Source of the DNA: Isurus oxyrinchus
Lineage: Eukaryota
Assembly (NCBI GenBank): GCA_026770705.1
Contig: JANJGN010000028.1
Coordinates: 4,092,001-4,156,000, forward strand
Direction: 5' to 3'
Length of the DNA: 64,000 bases
Positions within the stretch are counted from its first letter, which is position 1. The number at the start of each line of letters is the position of its first letter. The notes below the pieces were generated by a model. That model worked only from the letters and a program-made list of their open reading frames with translations. It was not told where the DNA came from and ran no database searches. Positions 27,150-39,071 of the stretch are shown piece by piece. A program made the position numbers and the translations under genes.

Positions 27150-27410
27150 TTATTCTTCGTTTATGTGGGCATCACTGACTAGGCCAGCATTTATTGCCCC
27201 TGTTCACAGGGCATTTAAGAGTCAATCACATTGCTGTGGGTCTGGAGTCCAGGTAAGGACAGCAGATTTCCTTCCCTAAAGGACATTAGTGAACCAGGTG
27301 GGTTTTTACTATGGTTTCATGGTCATCATTAGACTTTTAATTTGGTGGGATTCGACCCTGGGTCTCTGGAATACCAGTTAGTGACAATACCACTACACCA
27401 CCACCTCCCC
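27150..27410 (-). mobile_element. HE1-type SINE
   Basis: 'ccagcatttattgccc', body, B-box 'gggattcgacc' and head 'gacaataccactacacc'. Confidence 0.75.
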
Positions 27411-28679
27411 ACAGAAAACATGAGGCTGCGTCCCCATCTCACAGATACTTCCAAACAAATGTGTCCTTCAACCAAGTGTGATAAGGAGATTAAACAGCAA
27501 ACAGCTTTCTGTAATTGCAAGTCAGGGAGGAATTTTCCATGATTTTTTCCCTCCTTTTGACTCCTCTTTTGCCTCTCCAGGCAGGGAGAGGGGGAGGGGT
27601 AGCTCGGGAGTGGAGAGTCACAATGCTCCAGGCATCACAAGCGTAGCTAACTGGCCCAGCTGGTGTTTTCATGCCTGTCGTTTTCAGATGCTGGTGTGCA
27701 GTAATTAACAATGTAAAACTGAAAAACCAAAGCCGGCTGCAGCTCATTCCAACGCAAATGCCAAACTTACATGTGTCAAACTATGACAGTCAGCTCCTTC
27801 AGTACCAGCACTGCACACTTTGTAATCATCACTTTCACTGTGTTTGACTGAATGACATCACTCGCCCAGCTCCTCTGCTCAGCAGCAGCTAAAACCGCCA
27901 TTGACAAAATCTTCAATGACAAAGTAAAATTACTCTTCCCTACCGTTACTTTATTTGGCAGGTTGCCATGGAAGCTCAACTACCCCAGAGTTAAATCCAC
28001 TGGGCTGGGCGTACTGCAGCCTGTCTTTGGTAACAGTGCAGTCAGTACTGTAGCAGTTCATGGCAGGCAATAAAGCAGGGATTAGTCACACTGAACAGGA
28101 CCTGCCAACCCAGACCGATAAAAAAAACATGCACACACGATATGCAGGAGACACTGAGGCATGGCTACATCATTAATTCAGACATAAAAATTATAAAGAT
28201 GCCAAAAATATGAAAGCATACGAGAACATAGATAAAACTGAAGACAAACTCTGCCTAAAAATGCAGTGACACAATGTTCGTATCCAAAATGCCTGTACAT
28301 GTAACTAATGTTAACTGCTCTGTACTGAGCAAGTTTCCCTTATCTACAGAACTTTACAGTACATTCGGCCAGTCTCGCCAGTGCCAGATCTTTGAAAGAC
28401 CTTTCCAATTTTGTCCAAATCCCAGCTTTCTCCCCATAACCCTGCAAATTATTCCTCTTCAAGAACATGTCCAATTGCCTTTGGAGAGTTCCTACGAAAT
28501 CTGCTTCCAACACCCCTCCAGGTATCGTGTTCAAGATCTTAGCAGATTGCTGGGTGCAGATATTTCTCCTCATTTGCCTCTCTAGTTCTTTTTCCAATTA
28601 TTTAAAATCTATGAATGGTCCTAATTGGTCTCCTCTAAGAACAACAATCCCAGCTTCTCCAATCTCTTCGCATTACTGA

Positions 28680-28906
28680 ACTGAAGAGAATGAGGCTGGC
28701 AGCTAACATAAAAGGGAATCCCAAAGTCTTCTAAAGGTACATAAGTAGTAAAAAGAGGAGTGGGGCTAATTAAGGACCAAAAAGGGGATTGACACATGGA
28801 GGTAGAGGGCATAGCTGAGGTACTAAATGATTATTTTGCATCTGTCTTTACCAAGGAAGGTGATACTGTCCAGGTTATGATGAAAGAGGAGGTGATTCAC
28901 TAGATG
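28680..28906 (+). mobile_element. CR1 ORF2 remnant, left flank of LTR element 1
   Basis: Translates to LAANIKGNPKVF and AEVLNDYFASVFTKE; the CR1 resumes collinearly at 32733. Confidence 0.8.
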
Positions 28907-31900
28907 TGTTGTATTATGGGTTCTTTAGACGTCTCAGTGATGAGATCTTGCAACATGTATACTTAAACATGAAGCGTTTATTGTTAATCCTTAACTATTT
29001 ACAGATCCCAGATATTGTCTTGCATGGTGCTGCTTCTAGAGTGTTCTCTAGTCTATTGCCATGTGTCTCTATACATCATACTATGGATGAGGCTATTCTC
29101 AAGTCCAATGTTAACCCTTGCGCTGCTGAGCACCTCTACATTACAATGGCATGCAGATACACACATCCTACGACATCCCCCTTTCTTCTCCAAAGAAAAC
29201 TTCCCTCCCTTCCAACAGAGCATTTCAATGCAGTCTTTACTTGCTATCCCTCCTCCTCCGTTTCAAGTCTCTGACTTTATAAATTCAGATAGTCTTAAGG
29301 TTTGACAGCTCTTCCACATCTCGGTCTGCCATGTTTGGAGGAACAGTAATAGTGCTCTTGCATTTCTGGTGCTTGGTTATCCCCATTTGATTCACTTCCG
29401 GTGCTCCTTCCGAGTTGTGTTTCTCTTTATTAACAACCCGTCTGTGGGTTTGTCCCGTTCCTTCAGAGGGGAATGTGCACTCGTTCATTCCTAGCTTAGA
29501 CTCCAATTTTCTTGTTGCGTGGTGTCCACCGTGCTCTTGCTGGATGTATACACTTTGCAAAGGGAACCTTCATTCCCACTTGTTTCACAATCTCAGTTAA
29601 ACATCTGCTTGCTGTTTTATTTTCAAATTGTTCTGCAAGTTTATGAGTCTTTTCATTCAGCTCAGCGGCTCTCAGAACGTCCGAGACATCCAGCGCTTTT
29701 TCTTCGTCTAGTTCCTCGTACTGCAGTCAGATTTACATTTTCCAATCTTATTTTTGTCTTTTCTTCCTCTGGCCACAGTAGAACTAGGTCCTCATGCTTC
29801 AGTTTAGTTTCACTGTTGGCCAGGTCTGTCTCCAGCGAAGTTTGAACTGGTTTCAGTTCTGTAATTGTGCTACTCATGGCTTCATTATCCACTCACAGCG
29901 TGGAATGTTCTACAGCTTTTCCTTTCAATGCCTCATTTTCGTTCGACTGCTTCTTCAGCTCCTCAGTCTCTTTCTTGTAGCTTTCGGTTTCCTCCTGGAA
30001 TATGGGACATTGCTGAGTCTTCTCCACCAACTGGTTCTTCAGTTTGTTCAGAGTGACACTAAATTCATTTGCTTCTCTTCATAATATTCCAAAAGAATAA
30101 ACGTTGCCCTAAGCTGTCCTTGTAGCATGAGGATTCTTCAACAGGTTTTCCCTTGCTTTGTGAAGCTCGCTTGCTGCATCGTGAGTTTTCCTGTCATTCA
30201 GTAGAATCTCAGGTTTCTTTTGCTGTGCTGCCGTTCTGCTGTTTAAGACAGTCTTCATTTCTTTTGGTTGCTGAATGGTTATACATTCCTTTTGCATTTT
30301 ATGATTAAGGGCAATCAACTTGTCTTTCAACTGTTTATTAACCTTTTGACCTCTTGCCAATTCACTCTGGGCTTCAGTGCATCATTTTGTTGATACTGAT
30401 ATTTCCAACGCAGCTTTTTCTGGTGACGTTCAACGTCCTTTTTAACTCCTCATGTTCTTCCATGGCTACATATTAATTCTTCAAAGAGTCTTTCAGGATT
30501 GCAACTCTTTTGCATGTTTTTACTGCCTACTGTTTTGCCTGGCTGTATATCTGGTTGAGTTTTCCCAGCTCCCACTTTGATTTCCCAACTATGGAGTTGA
30601 GGGTTGTTATTTCCTTCTGATACCTTTGTGTTGTCTCTGAAATTTGTTTGTTCAGATCGTCAACAGCTTGGTTCATTGAAGGCTTCAGTTTATCATGCGT
30701 TTTCAAAGATATACACTCAGCTTGAATCTTGCATTTCAAATCTTCCAGTCCAGCTCTGTGAATGCTTTCTTGTTAAACAGCTTCATTTACTTTTTGTATG
30801 TTCTGCTTCTTTTGAGTTTCCTCAGATATCTTTCCTTCATTCATAGCCATCTGTTCACTCTGCACTTCCATCTGCAGCCCTCACTCTGGGGTCTTTTGGC
30901 TCCCTCTCTCTGGGGTTTCCTGTTTCTCTCAGTGTTTTACTGGGAGTCGGCCACTTTCTGGGGTCTCTTTTTGCCATTGGTGCTTTATCAGGCGTGTGCT
31001 AGACTTTCTTTTCTGGTCTGTGCTCTCCTCAACTTGAAATATCTTTCAAAGCCTTTTAACATGTCACCAAATATTGTTGAGTATCAATCTATACATTGGT
31101 TGTGGAATACATCACCAGCATGTGAACCAAACAGGAATAAAAACTTATCTACTTGTAATTCTCCTGTAAACTAAAAATTGTCTTCTCCCGGACTCCCATT
31201 CTTTGGTCAGGTTCAGCTCTTTCCATAGCAAAAAATGTGTCTGGATCTTCTAATATGCTGATGCTGTCTATTGCTTTTTTTTCCCTTGTAGTTACAGTTT
31301 TAAATGTTGTTGCCCCTTTAAGGCTGTCAGTGCTGTGACCATTTTTTTTCACTGGGGCTGTCAGCAGCTGCTGGTTCTGGCTCTGTGATTCTCCCACCCT
31401 TTTACAGGATGCCCGTGACCGTGGGCCATTTTCTTTAAACTTTAAAAAAAAACTACTGCAGCAATTTCTTCTCTGGGGCCCCGAAAATCAATTTCAAGGC
31501 ATGTTTCTTCAAGGTGGTTTTGTTTCTTCTCCTGTGACAGATTTCTTATTTCTTTTCCTATTTTGGCAGGCTCCCTGGTGATTGTGGGCCTGTTTTTTTT
31601 TAAACCTTTAAAACTGCAGCGACTCTTTTCTGGGTAGTTCTCTCCCTTTTTTTAAAATCTGCAGGTACTTTTTATTTTGAATGTCCCGCACTTTGAACAT
31701 TTCGGCAGGTGTGCGCTTTTTAAAATGGTTATAAGCTGTTAACTCTGCAGCAATTCATTCTTCTATACAAGGAGCCAGGGACCCGACTGAAAGGGATTCC
31801 CTTTCATTTAAACTCTGCAGGCTTTTCCTTTTTTTTCAACTGCGCTCTGCAGGTTTCTCTCTTGACTCTGCCAGCTGATCTTTATTTAACTTTTTTTTTA

Positions 31901-32732
31901 CTTCAGTGCAGCATAGCCATGTTATATGGTGCTGGCCAGCGTTACAGCTTTCTCCATCTGCCCCATGGATATGCTGAGCTGCAGGACTTCCACCTAATTA
32001 TATAATGCAGGTACAGCTTTTTTTTGTAATTTCTGCTCACTGTTTTGTGAACTGACCAGGTTCTTTGACTCTGCGTCATTTAGAGTCTTACAATGCTTTT
32101 GTATTTTTGCTCTCCCTCTTGTGAACTGACCAGTAATCTTCACACTGCGTCACTCAGGGTCTTGCCATTTTTTTGTATTTCTGCTCACTCGTCTTTGTAA
32201 TCTGATCAGATTTTTTTCCTCTTTAGTTTTATTCAAGGCATCTTGCAATGGACTTCCACTCATTCTGGTGGATTCCTCAACTTCTAAGTCTGCAGTGAAG
32301 CTTCTTCAGCTGTTTCTTCACTTTTTCTTCTCAGGCGCATGTCTCTTTAGTTCGGCTTCAGAGTTTTTGATATCTTGGGATGCTGAGTTCATCCTGTAAA
32401 ATACCACCTTTCATATCACTGCTGCTGTGGACCAGGTTGTGTTATGGTGCCAGCTGCGGTGTCTCTCGCTGATGAGACCTTAAGACTTGTGTGTTTAAAC
32501 ATGAACCATTTATTGTTAGTCTTTGACTATGCACAGATCCCATGTACTGTTTTACATGGTGCTGCTCCATGCAGGTCGGCTGCTTCTACAGTGTTCTCTC
32601 GTCTATTATCATGTGACTTCTATCCATCATGCCATGGGCGGTGCTATTCTCCAGACCCATGTTAACCCCTGCTCTGCTAAGCATCTTTACAATGACAATG
32701 GCATGCAGGCACACACACAGCATCCTACAACA
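28907..32732 (-). mobile_element. Non-autonomous LTR retrotransposon, copy 1, carrying a UACA-like coiled-coil ORF
   Basis: Direct repeats at 32435-32732 (5' LTR) and 28907-29175 (3' LTR). Outer ends TGTTGTA...TACAACA. AATAAA in both LTRs. PPT GGAGAAGAAAGGGGGA (29176-29191) abuts the 3' LTR. TGG-starting PBS-like sequence at 32417-32434. It splits a CR1. Confidence 0.85.
29220..30850 (-). pseudogene. Degenerate UACA/RAI14-family coiled-coil fragment inside LTR element 1
   Basis: Frameshifted ORFs such as 'IQAECISLKTHDKLKPSMNQAVDDLNKQISETTQRYQKEITTL' and 'MQKECITI...EILLNDRKTHDAASELH' are collinear with recalled UACA 'MKNHYVPLKVSEDMKKSHDAIIDDLNRKLLDVTQKY...KEIIAL' and 'EYISL...EILANYRKGQEEIVTLH'. 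Confidence 0.75.
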
Positions 32733-33312
32733 AGGAGGGTTTAAAATTGATAAGGAGGTGGTATTGAATAGTCTGTCTGTATTTAAAGTGGTTAAGGCAC
32801 CAGGACCAGATGAGATGCATCCAAGGATACTCAGGGAAGTGACAGTGGAAATTGCAGAGGCACTGGCCATAACTTTTCAGTCTTCCTCAGTGTCAGAGAG
32901 GTGCCAGAGGAGAATTGCAAACATTACACCCTTGTTCAAAAAAGGCTGTGAAGATAAACCCAGCAACTACAGGATCTGTATCTTCAGTGGTGGGGAAGCT
33001 CCTAGAAACAATAGCACAGGACGAAATGCAAGTCACTTGGGCAAAAGTGGATTAATTAAGGATTCAGCATTCCAACCATCATGGATTTGTTAAAAACAAA
33101 AACAGAATTACCCTTCCCAGGGTCATGAGGACTCGAAACGTCAACTCTTTTCTTCTCCACCGATGCTGCCAGACCTGCTGAGTTTTTCCAGGTAATTCTG
33201 TTTTTGTTTTGGATTTCCAGCATCCACAGTTTTTTGTTTTTATCTTTTTGGATTTGTTAAAGCCAATCATGCTTAGCTAACTTGCTGGAGTTTTTTTTCT
33301 GAAGAGGTACCA
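32733..33312 (+). mobile_element. CR1 ORF2 remnant, right flank of LTR element 1
   Basis: 'KAPGPDEMHPRILREVTVEIAEAL...ANITPLFKKG..DKPSNYR'. Confidence 0.9.
33095..33248 (+). mobile_element. Short Penelope-like terminal insertion with an inverted 5' stub
   Basis: 13-bp TSD TGGATTTGTTAAA (33082-33094 and 33249-33261). The 5' 'aaaacaaaaacagaattacc' is the inverse of the internal 'ggtaattctgtttttgtttt'. Confidence 0.85.
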
Positions 33313-34899
33313 GAGTATTTCTTGACGTCTTGCATAGTTGCAATGCCATGGACCAAATGTGCCCCACAGAATTCTTACAAAAAGGAAATCTGTTCAATAG
33401 CCCAGTTTGTACAGAAAGCTGCATATTTAATCAAATTCAAATTTGAGAAATATCAAAGACCATGTAGCAATAAGTTCAATATTTAATAAAAAATACAAAA
33501 TCTCATCTGAGGAGAAGTGTTAAAGATGGCAAGGCAGCTGCTAGTGACAGTGAAAATGGAGACATTCATTCTGCTCCAGACTGGGAGACACTGCTCATTA
33601 GCAACAGAACAGATTTGGCAATCACATTTCCAGCAGCTCTTTCTGACTGCGATCTCTGGAGATTTCCAATAGCTTTTGGAGCAATTTTACATCAACATCA
33701 AAATCAAGAAATTCCAGCCTGAGAGTCGAGTCCATTGAGTCGAAATTGATAGGGTGTGGCTCTTTCTGTTTCCCTCCTTGCACATGTTGCCTGACCTGTT
33801 GAGTATTTCTAGCAATTTCTGGTTTTATTTAAGGCAAATGGAGAACCTGGTCTCATAAGTCACTGAGAAACAACACATTTGATGCGGAGATCCTTCCTGA
33901 CAACTTATTATGAAGAATCCTCTTGGATTGCATGCTTAAGTCCTGGAAAAATAGATGAGAACTTTCTACTCTACAACAAGCTCGTGAATCTCAGGAACCA
34001 AAACCATTAATGGTTATGAACCAATTAATGATATCATTAATTTATTTGGATTGGGTATCGGTGTGGTTTGTCTCATTAACAGAGAACATTGTTAAGTCGT
34101 TCGGATAGAGTAATAAACACCACCAGTACTACCCTGAGATCCCAGCTGAATGTTTGGTCTGGGTCAAGTTCATCAGGATCGGCTCGAGGGGTAATGGGGA
34201 ACATGCCACAACTTGACTCTGCACCTCAAAGTGCGAAGGAATCCAAAACATTCCTCTGGATCAACAGCACAGACTGGAGGAATTCAATACAGGCCAACAG
34301 ATGTTCCCTTCTGATCTACAGCAACACCTGCTTCTGTGCTCAAGTTTGGAGACAAGTTGTAAGCCTATTTTGGGGAAACCTATGAGACGAACGAGAGCAG
34401 TTTATAGCATAGGAGAAGGCCATTCACCCCATCATACCTGTACTAGCTCTCAGCAATCCTCTCCCCTCACTCTCTGTAACAATTTTAAATAAAGGACACC
34501 TCATTACCGATTCCTCAAACGGAGACAACAATTGTTTCCTTTTCACTTGATCAAATCTCTTCATAATAATAATTAAAAACTTTATTAAGCCTCGTCCAAT
34601 ATATTCCCTGCACCAGTGGGTCGTCCAACCATTCAAGTCTGCCCTCAGAATGGGAGATGCCACCCATTCTTGGTGACTATGGCTTTAATGTTCTGTCTGT
34701 AACGGGGTTCTGAAAACAGAACAATACTGCAAATGGCCCAAGCAATGCCTTATACAAAATGTCACACATCTTTTCTCTGCATTCCATGTCCCAACTTATA
34801 AAACTAATCATTGTGCTTTTTCAATGCCTTCTCTCATGCCAAGAACGCATGAAAAATCTAAAAATTTTGTTTCTCTTCCATATTCTCTTGTTTAAATTA

Positions 34900-35836
34900 T
34901 TTTTTTTAATGGACAATTGCTGGGCTGATAAAATGGCCTCAGCTAGTCACATGCTGGTAGTTTTGTAAAACTCTGAGCACTTCCAATGGACAAAAGCAAC
35001 CTCGTCAATCTCCCGGAATGTGACTTGTATGAACATTCCAGCCAGTCAAACACAAAGAACTAGCAGACGAGGTGCCTGCACCAACCAGCTCTGGGCAAAG
35101 GCAGAGCTATTTGTGACTTCTCATCTCCAGCATTGTGCTAATGGTTCTACAGTCACCTGCTCAGAACAATGGTTTTAACAAGGGGGCATTGTCAGCTGAA
35201 TGTCTCGACCCAAAACCACCCTGTCGCATGACTGAGAATTGAGCTGTTTAAATTGCTTTAATTATACAGCTTTTAGTAACCTTAGAAGAGATGCCAGCAC
35301 ACCAAGCTATAGCAGCCAGCCTCTGACCTCCGTCTCCATCTAAACCTGGTCTCTAGAAAGAATCCTGCATTTCACCTACAAAGTGAACTAATTCCCGGAA
35401 TACAAGAATACTCTGCTGCAGCTTCACCAGCCTCAGCCTTCAACCGAGCTCTGAGGAAAAGACTTCCACCAGAAAAATCCAACTTCCTCAGACATTGACT
35501 TACTGGACTCTGGACTCATGTGAAACAATAATTCTTTTATTGTGTGTGTGTTCTTTGCCCTGTATCCCTCTTTTATTGTGTGAACGTAGTGACACCCACT
35601 CCCCACATTTTGAGTGTGCGTAAAATAAACTAACCCTCTGATTTTACCCTATCTCGGGTTTGCTGTGGGCTTATTAAGAGGGGATTGTATCACTTCAAAA
35701 CTGAGGGGTTGGAGAAAATACGCCACCACATAGAGAGGGGGAAAATCAAAAATCAAAAACAGCTTTCCATTTACAGGCAGGCGGCAAGATCACAAATCAG
35801 GGCTGTTTTAAATTAAACCCCCTCCTGCCCATAACA
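34900..35836 (+). mobile_element. Probable solo or partial LTR inserted in an old minus-strand CR1
   Basis: Ends ...ATAACA, has AATAAA at ~35623, and interrupts CR1 sequence; the 5' boundary and TSD are unresolved. Confidence 0.45.
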
Positions 35837-36249
35837 CTTCATTTACCTACACTTGCATTCGAATTATTTTAACTCCAAGGGCAGGTCACTCTATTTGCCT
35901 ACACACACCACAGTGTCTCTCCAGAAAGTGGAAAACACACATTGCTTCACCTTTTTCCCCAAAAATTTGTCTCTTTACACTTCACACTAAATTTTATCTG
36001 TCCATTTGACTAACCTGTCTAAGTGGTTCGGAAGATTTTTACAATCCCACCTCACTGATTATCACACCTTCCACTTTTGTCTCATCAGAAAATGGTGTAC
36101 TTTTTAACCTGTATGCGAAATCACGTAAATATATCCTGACAACAAAATACAATATACTAGCCCCCCTGGCACAACACTGCCAACAGTCCAAGCCCAGCCC
36201 CTCACACAAACTCATGTCCCTTAATCAACATTCCAGCCAGTGCTGATAG

Positions 36250-37065
36250 GAACTTGGTGGAGGAGCTGGTAAAATGGTGCGATAATAATTTGCTTAAACT
36301 GATCAAAACTAAGATGAAAGAACAGTTAAAGACTTTAGGAAAAAGAAGTTAATAATATTGTTCCTGTGAAGGTTTGTCATGGGGACATTGAAACAGTCAC
36401 TAACTACATGTACCTAGGTGTCAAAGTAAATGATAAGTTGAGTTGCAGGGAACAGTGTACAGCTGTGGAGGCCGAGGGACATACTCCATGATGTTGCCTC
36501 ACAAAATAAAATCCTTAGCTGTAGATGCTATAAACATGAAAGTCCTCTATTGGGCAGGAGTTGAGAGTGCAATCCTTGTCGGATGTCTCTCCTGGTGCCG
36601 TTGCCTTCAGAAAGCAGACATTGGTACAAAGGGTACAGAGATTGTTGAACCAGGCTGGAAGGGTATTTAATGAACAGATCTTTCTGGAGAAATCGACTCT
36701 CAAAAGAATTTTGACAAGAGTAAAGGGCGTCACGAAGAGTGAAAATCACTCCATGCCTCAGCATTACTGTTGGATGTGTTCAGGGAAAAGGTTACAATCT
36801 CTCAGGTGCTGGACAATTCGATTCCTGACGTCGTTCCCTATAAGGACTTTTAGCAGGAATTTGATGTGTGAACGAGGGTGGGACTCACTGAGTGATCATT
36901 TTAATGAATTGGAATAGTTTTTAATACATATCTTAAAGTTGATCTTAGTGCTAGGGTCATTTTCTTTTATTTATAAATGATAACAATAATTTTTTAACAA
37001 ACAAGCAAGGTACCAGAAATGAATTTCCTTACGGACAATAAAGTAATTGATTAAATTGATTCATT
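36250..37065 (+). mobile_element. Rex1/Babar-like non-LTR retrotransposon 3' remnant
   Basis: Translates to LVKWCDNNLLKL..TKMKE..DFRK and NYMYLGVKVNDKLS; ends with AATAAA and a short tandem ATTG tail. Confidence 0.55.
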
Positions 37066-37247
37066 CTCTTTTATCCAACATATATTTTGTTGAATGATGC
37101 TGTATGTGCCTTCCTGCCATTGTAATGTAAAGGTGTTCAGTGGGGCAAGGGTTAACATGGGACAGGAGAATGGCACTGCCTATGGTATGATGTATGGAGC
37201 CACATGGTAATAGACTGAGAGAACAGTATAGAGAGAACATTCTAGAA

Positions 37248-37702
37248 CAGTGTTCTTCATTGCCATGCCCTCGAGACTGTGGCGCCTCCCAATGACACTA
37301 AGTGCAGTTCCCCGACTCCATCCAACCATTTTCAGTAACCACTTTACCCTCAGGAAAGGTCGCGACCTGGAACCCAGCCCAGCATTATATCCCTGTTCAT
37401 TTTGTTTTTAACATGAAAAAATGTAAACTGAGCCTATCAAAAGTCAGCCTTCTTTATGAGTCACATTGACCACATGCTACAATGTGCTCCAATAAGAATA
37501 TCTAAGTATGTGCGTGGTACAGTAACAGTTATATTACCATAGCAACCACCATAGAACTAGCAGAGAATTGAACAGTTGGTGTCATGTATTTTTTTGGCAC
37601 AAGTGAATGACTGCAGTAGTAAGCAATAATAATTTAGCAGGCTCCCACACTGCAGGCTTTTTGCTAAAGTGGCCTTTGCTTGAAAAATAGTGAAGACCAC
37701 TG
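37248..37702. mobile_element. hAT (Charlie-like) MITE inside the 5' LTR of copy 2
   Basis: TIRs CAGTGTTCTTCA and TGAAGACCACTG. The left 8-bp site TTCTAGAA fits the Charlie NTCTAGAN preference (right copy diverged). Absent from the other three LTRs. Confidence 0.75.
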
Positions 37703-39071
37703 CTGCAGGAGCAGCCTATCTGCATGGTGAACAGCACCATTCATGACAGCAACCTGGGATCTGTAAACAGTTAAAGGCTACCAATAAAGGCTTCATGTTT
37801 AAACACACAAGACCTCACTCATCTCTCAGACACCACTGTATCAGGGAGACACCGTAGTGCAACATAGTTGGCAGTGGCAGACTGCAATGTGATATGAAAG
37901 GTGGCAGCGTTTTATATGATGAACCCAGAACAATGTCCCAAGGTCTGAAACGTTAAATGCAGCTGAAGCTGGGCTAAAGAGATGTGCACCTCAGAAGAAA
38001 AATTGAAGATACAGTTGAAGAAGCTTCACTGCCGAGTGAGCGGAAAGCTATCACAAGACCGCTGAGTGACGCAGCGTGAAAAGGGAAAACTAACCTAGTC
38101 AGATCACAAAGAAAGGCCAGCACAAATACAAAAATTGCAAGATCCTGAGCGACGCTGAGTTAAGACGCTTAGTTCGATCGCAAGATGGTGTGCAAATCTA
38201 CAAAAATCGCAAGACCCTAAGTGACACGGTGTGAAGAATACTGGACAGTTCACCAGATGGTGCGCAAACATTATAAAAAAGACGGGGGGGCTGTCCTGCG
38301 GCTTAGCAGATCCACAGAGCAGCTGGAGGAAGGCTGCCTGCTACAAATAAAATCTGCAAAGCTCAGGAAAGGAGAACCTGCAGAGAAACAAAAGGCAGGC
38401 AGGGCAGAGGAGAACCTGCAGAGTTAAAACATGAGAAACATGCAGAGCTTAAAAAAAAAGCAGCCCTGCAGAGTTTTTAAAAAAAATCACTGCAGGTTTG
38501 ACAGCTCATGGCTCTAAAAACAAAAGCAAAGCACCTGCCAAAACTCCCAAAACGCAAGGCTTTCAAAAGGAAGCACAAAGTTAAAAAAATGGAACTGAAG
38601 AATCGCCCCGTAGAGGCTGTAGAAGTTTTGAGGCCCACGATCACCTGGGAGCCCAACAAAACCCAAAAACGTGTGGGAAACTGACAGCACAGAAAGCCCG
38701 AGTGAATAAAAAAATGGTTATTGCACCAAGTCTTAAAGTAGTATCAAAATTTAAAATGGTAAATACAGGGAGACAAACTGGCCCTGGGCAGCAAATTAGA
38801 TGGGCAAGATGCATTTTGAATAAGGAAATGGCAGCACCAGGCACAAGAGTGGTCAAGCACACCCCCAATACAGCACCAAGGCCAACTAGAGACCCCAGTG
38901 AGAGGGCAACTCCCAATAAAGTGCCAATGTCAACAAAGGGTCCTGAGAGAGGGCAACAAAAGACCAATAGGAAGGCCAGCAAAAGACGCCAGAGAAAGGG
39001 CAAAAGGCCCCAGAGTGCCAGAGCCAAAAATTCCAGAGCAAGGGAAGCAGATGGCAGTGAGGAGTGAATAG

